A stretch of 55,297 nt of DNA from a virus (Duplodnaviria > Caudoviricetes): the IMG/VR virus record IMGVR_UViG_3300049458_000003, positions 1 through 55,297 of that record; one strand, 5' to 3'. Positions 54,298-55,297 of the stretch are shown here, in pieces; the stretch's first letter is position 1, and each line of letters opens with the position of its first letter. The position numbers and the translations under genes are program-made. The notes under the pieces are model-generated. The model was not told where the DNA came from, searched no databases, and saw only the letters and a program-made list of their open reading frames with translations.

Positions 54298-55121
54298 GCG
54301 ACAACTACCACCGCCCGCCACCGCCCTATCAGGAGAACGTCACGCCCGCCCGCGCGGCCGAACTGTTGCAGCTCAACCCCCGCAACCGGGCAGTCCGATT
54401 GGGCCATGTCCGCGACCTGGCCAACGCCATGAGGAACGGACACTGGGTCTACAACGGCGACGCAATCGGCTTCGACCGTGACGGCTTCCTGATCGATGGA
54501 CAGCACCGCCTGGCCGCGATCGTGGAGAGCGGAACCACTCAGCTCCTGGTCCTTCAGGAGGGCCTGCTCCCCGAGGCGCAGGGCACCATCGACACCGGAC
54601 GCAAGCGCATGTACAGCGACCACCTGGCCATCGCGGGGCACAAGTCGACGCACCTGCTGGCGTCCGTGCTGCTGGCGTTCCATCGCTACCAAGCTGACGG
54701 GTGGAAGGGTGCCTACGTGCGCGTCAGCATGCCGCCGTTCGCCGTTCTGGATGAGGTTCTGCGCCAGAACCCGGAGCTGGTGGAGTACGTGCAGGCCGCA
54801 GTCAACACCCGGTCGCGCACCAAGCTCCCCCCCACCTGCCTCGCGTTGAGCATGTGGGTGTTCGACCGGATCGACGCCACCGACAGCACCCACTTCTGGG
54901 CCCGCCTGGTGGACGGCGCGAACCTGGAGCCGGACAGCGGCATCCTCCGTCTCCGCGCCGTGCTGGACGGGCAGGCCGCCAGCAACGCCAAGTACGAGAC
55001 TCCCCATCTTCAGGCCCTCGTCATCAAGGCGTGGAACGCGTACCGACGTGGCGCCCCGGTGCGGGTGCTGTCGTACCGGCCCGGCGGTGCGTCACCTGAG
55101 GCATTCCCGCTCCCGGTCTGA
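54294..55121 (+). CDS. ParB/Srx-like (DGQHR) domain protein
   Basis: VTPARAAELL..N.RNR...NGDAIGFD..G.LIDGQHRLAAIV...IDTGRKR. Confidence 0.8.
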   Translation: MSDNYHRPPPPYQENVTPARAAELLQLNPRNRAVRLGHVRDLANAMRNGHWVYNGDAIGFDRDGFLIDGQHRLAAIVESGTTQLLVLQEGLLPEAQGTIDTGRKRMYSDHLAIAGHKSTHLLASVLLAFHRYQADGWKGAYVRVSMPPFAVLDEVLRQNPELVEYVQAAVNTRSRTKLPPTCLALSMWVFDRIDATDSTHFWARLVDGANLEPDSGILRLRAVLDGQAASNAKYETPHLQALVIKAWNAYRRGAPVRVLSYRPGGASPEAFPLPV

Positions 55122-55130
55122 CTCCGAGGG

Positions 55131-55193
55131 TTGACCTCACCCCATGCCAGGGGGTAAGGTCAACCCTCGGAACGACCGACCAAGGGAGACCTG
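55131..55193 (+). promoter_or_regulatory. Promoter cassette copy: TTGACC-18-TAAGGT + GAACGACCGACCAAGGGAGACCTG
   Basis: Repeated motif; embedded in the inverted repeat CCGAGGGTTGACCT/AGGTCAACCCTCGG. Confidence 0.85.
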
Positions 55194-55297
55194 ATGCGCA
55201 ACGTCCTCGGCTACCTGCTCGCACTCGCCGCCACGGCCCTGGGCGAGGCGATCTACCTGCACGCCAAACCCATCGCGTTCGGGATCTACCTGACGTT
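55172..55297 (+). repeat. 126-bp terminal direct repeat, right copy
   Basis: Identical to 18-143. Confidence 0.92.

Larger units (their letters stand above)
1..55297. mobile_element. Complete circularly permuted actinobacteriophage genome (siphovirus morphotype)
   Basis: Terminase, portal, capsid, tail, tape measure, lysis and replication genes all present; terminal direct repeat; WhiB and high GC indicate an actinobacterial host. Confidence 0.95.

Noticed and set aside
48026-55121. ParABS plasmid-prophage partition system
   Set aside because: Two ParB-like domains but no ParA ATPase; the first sits in a DNA-modification operon.
55172-55297. Biological terminal repeat or attL/attR
   Set aside because: The 126-bp repeat cuts through a gene and has the size of an assembler k-mer overlap; no integrase or host flanks.

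Overview
The window is an essentially complete, circularly permuted genome of a high-GC siphovirus-type actinobacteriophage. Bases 18-143 are repeated at 55172-55297. There is no LysB, which points to a non-mycolata host (inference). Layout: about 55 small early/accessory genes (1-16.4 kb); a Rosebush/cluster-B-like head module (portal with MuF-like tail, 2H-phosphoesterase-protease fusion, separate putative hexamer and pentamer capsid proteins); tail and lysis genes; a short leftward operon with an HNH gene; a recombination/replication block (ERF, SSB, HTH initiator, DnaC-like ATPase, RusA-like resolvase); an out-of-place tail fibre; a ParB-N / TET-JBP dioxygenase / glycosyltransferase operon; DUF932; terminase; WhiB. 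I recognised no integrase, DNA polymerase or DNA methyltransferase. The most notable items are: (1) 14 full copies plus about 6 partial copies of a promoter cassette, TTGAC(A/C)-C-run..G-run-TAnnnT, usually followed by a GAAC(G/A)ACC..GGGAG(A/G)CC start box; (2) a predicted base-J-like DNA hypermodification operon near the terminase; (3) a densely structured ~280-nt non-coding region with a tRNA-like T-arm; (4) an Acb1-like 2H phosphoesterase domain fused to the head protease; (5) a three-way-junction leader that hides the capsid Shine-Dalgarno site. All protein calls come from motif recognition and gene order by eye; no database search was run.
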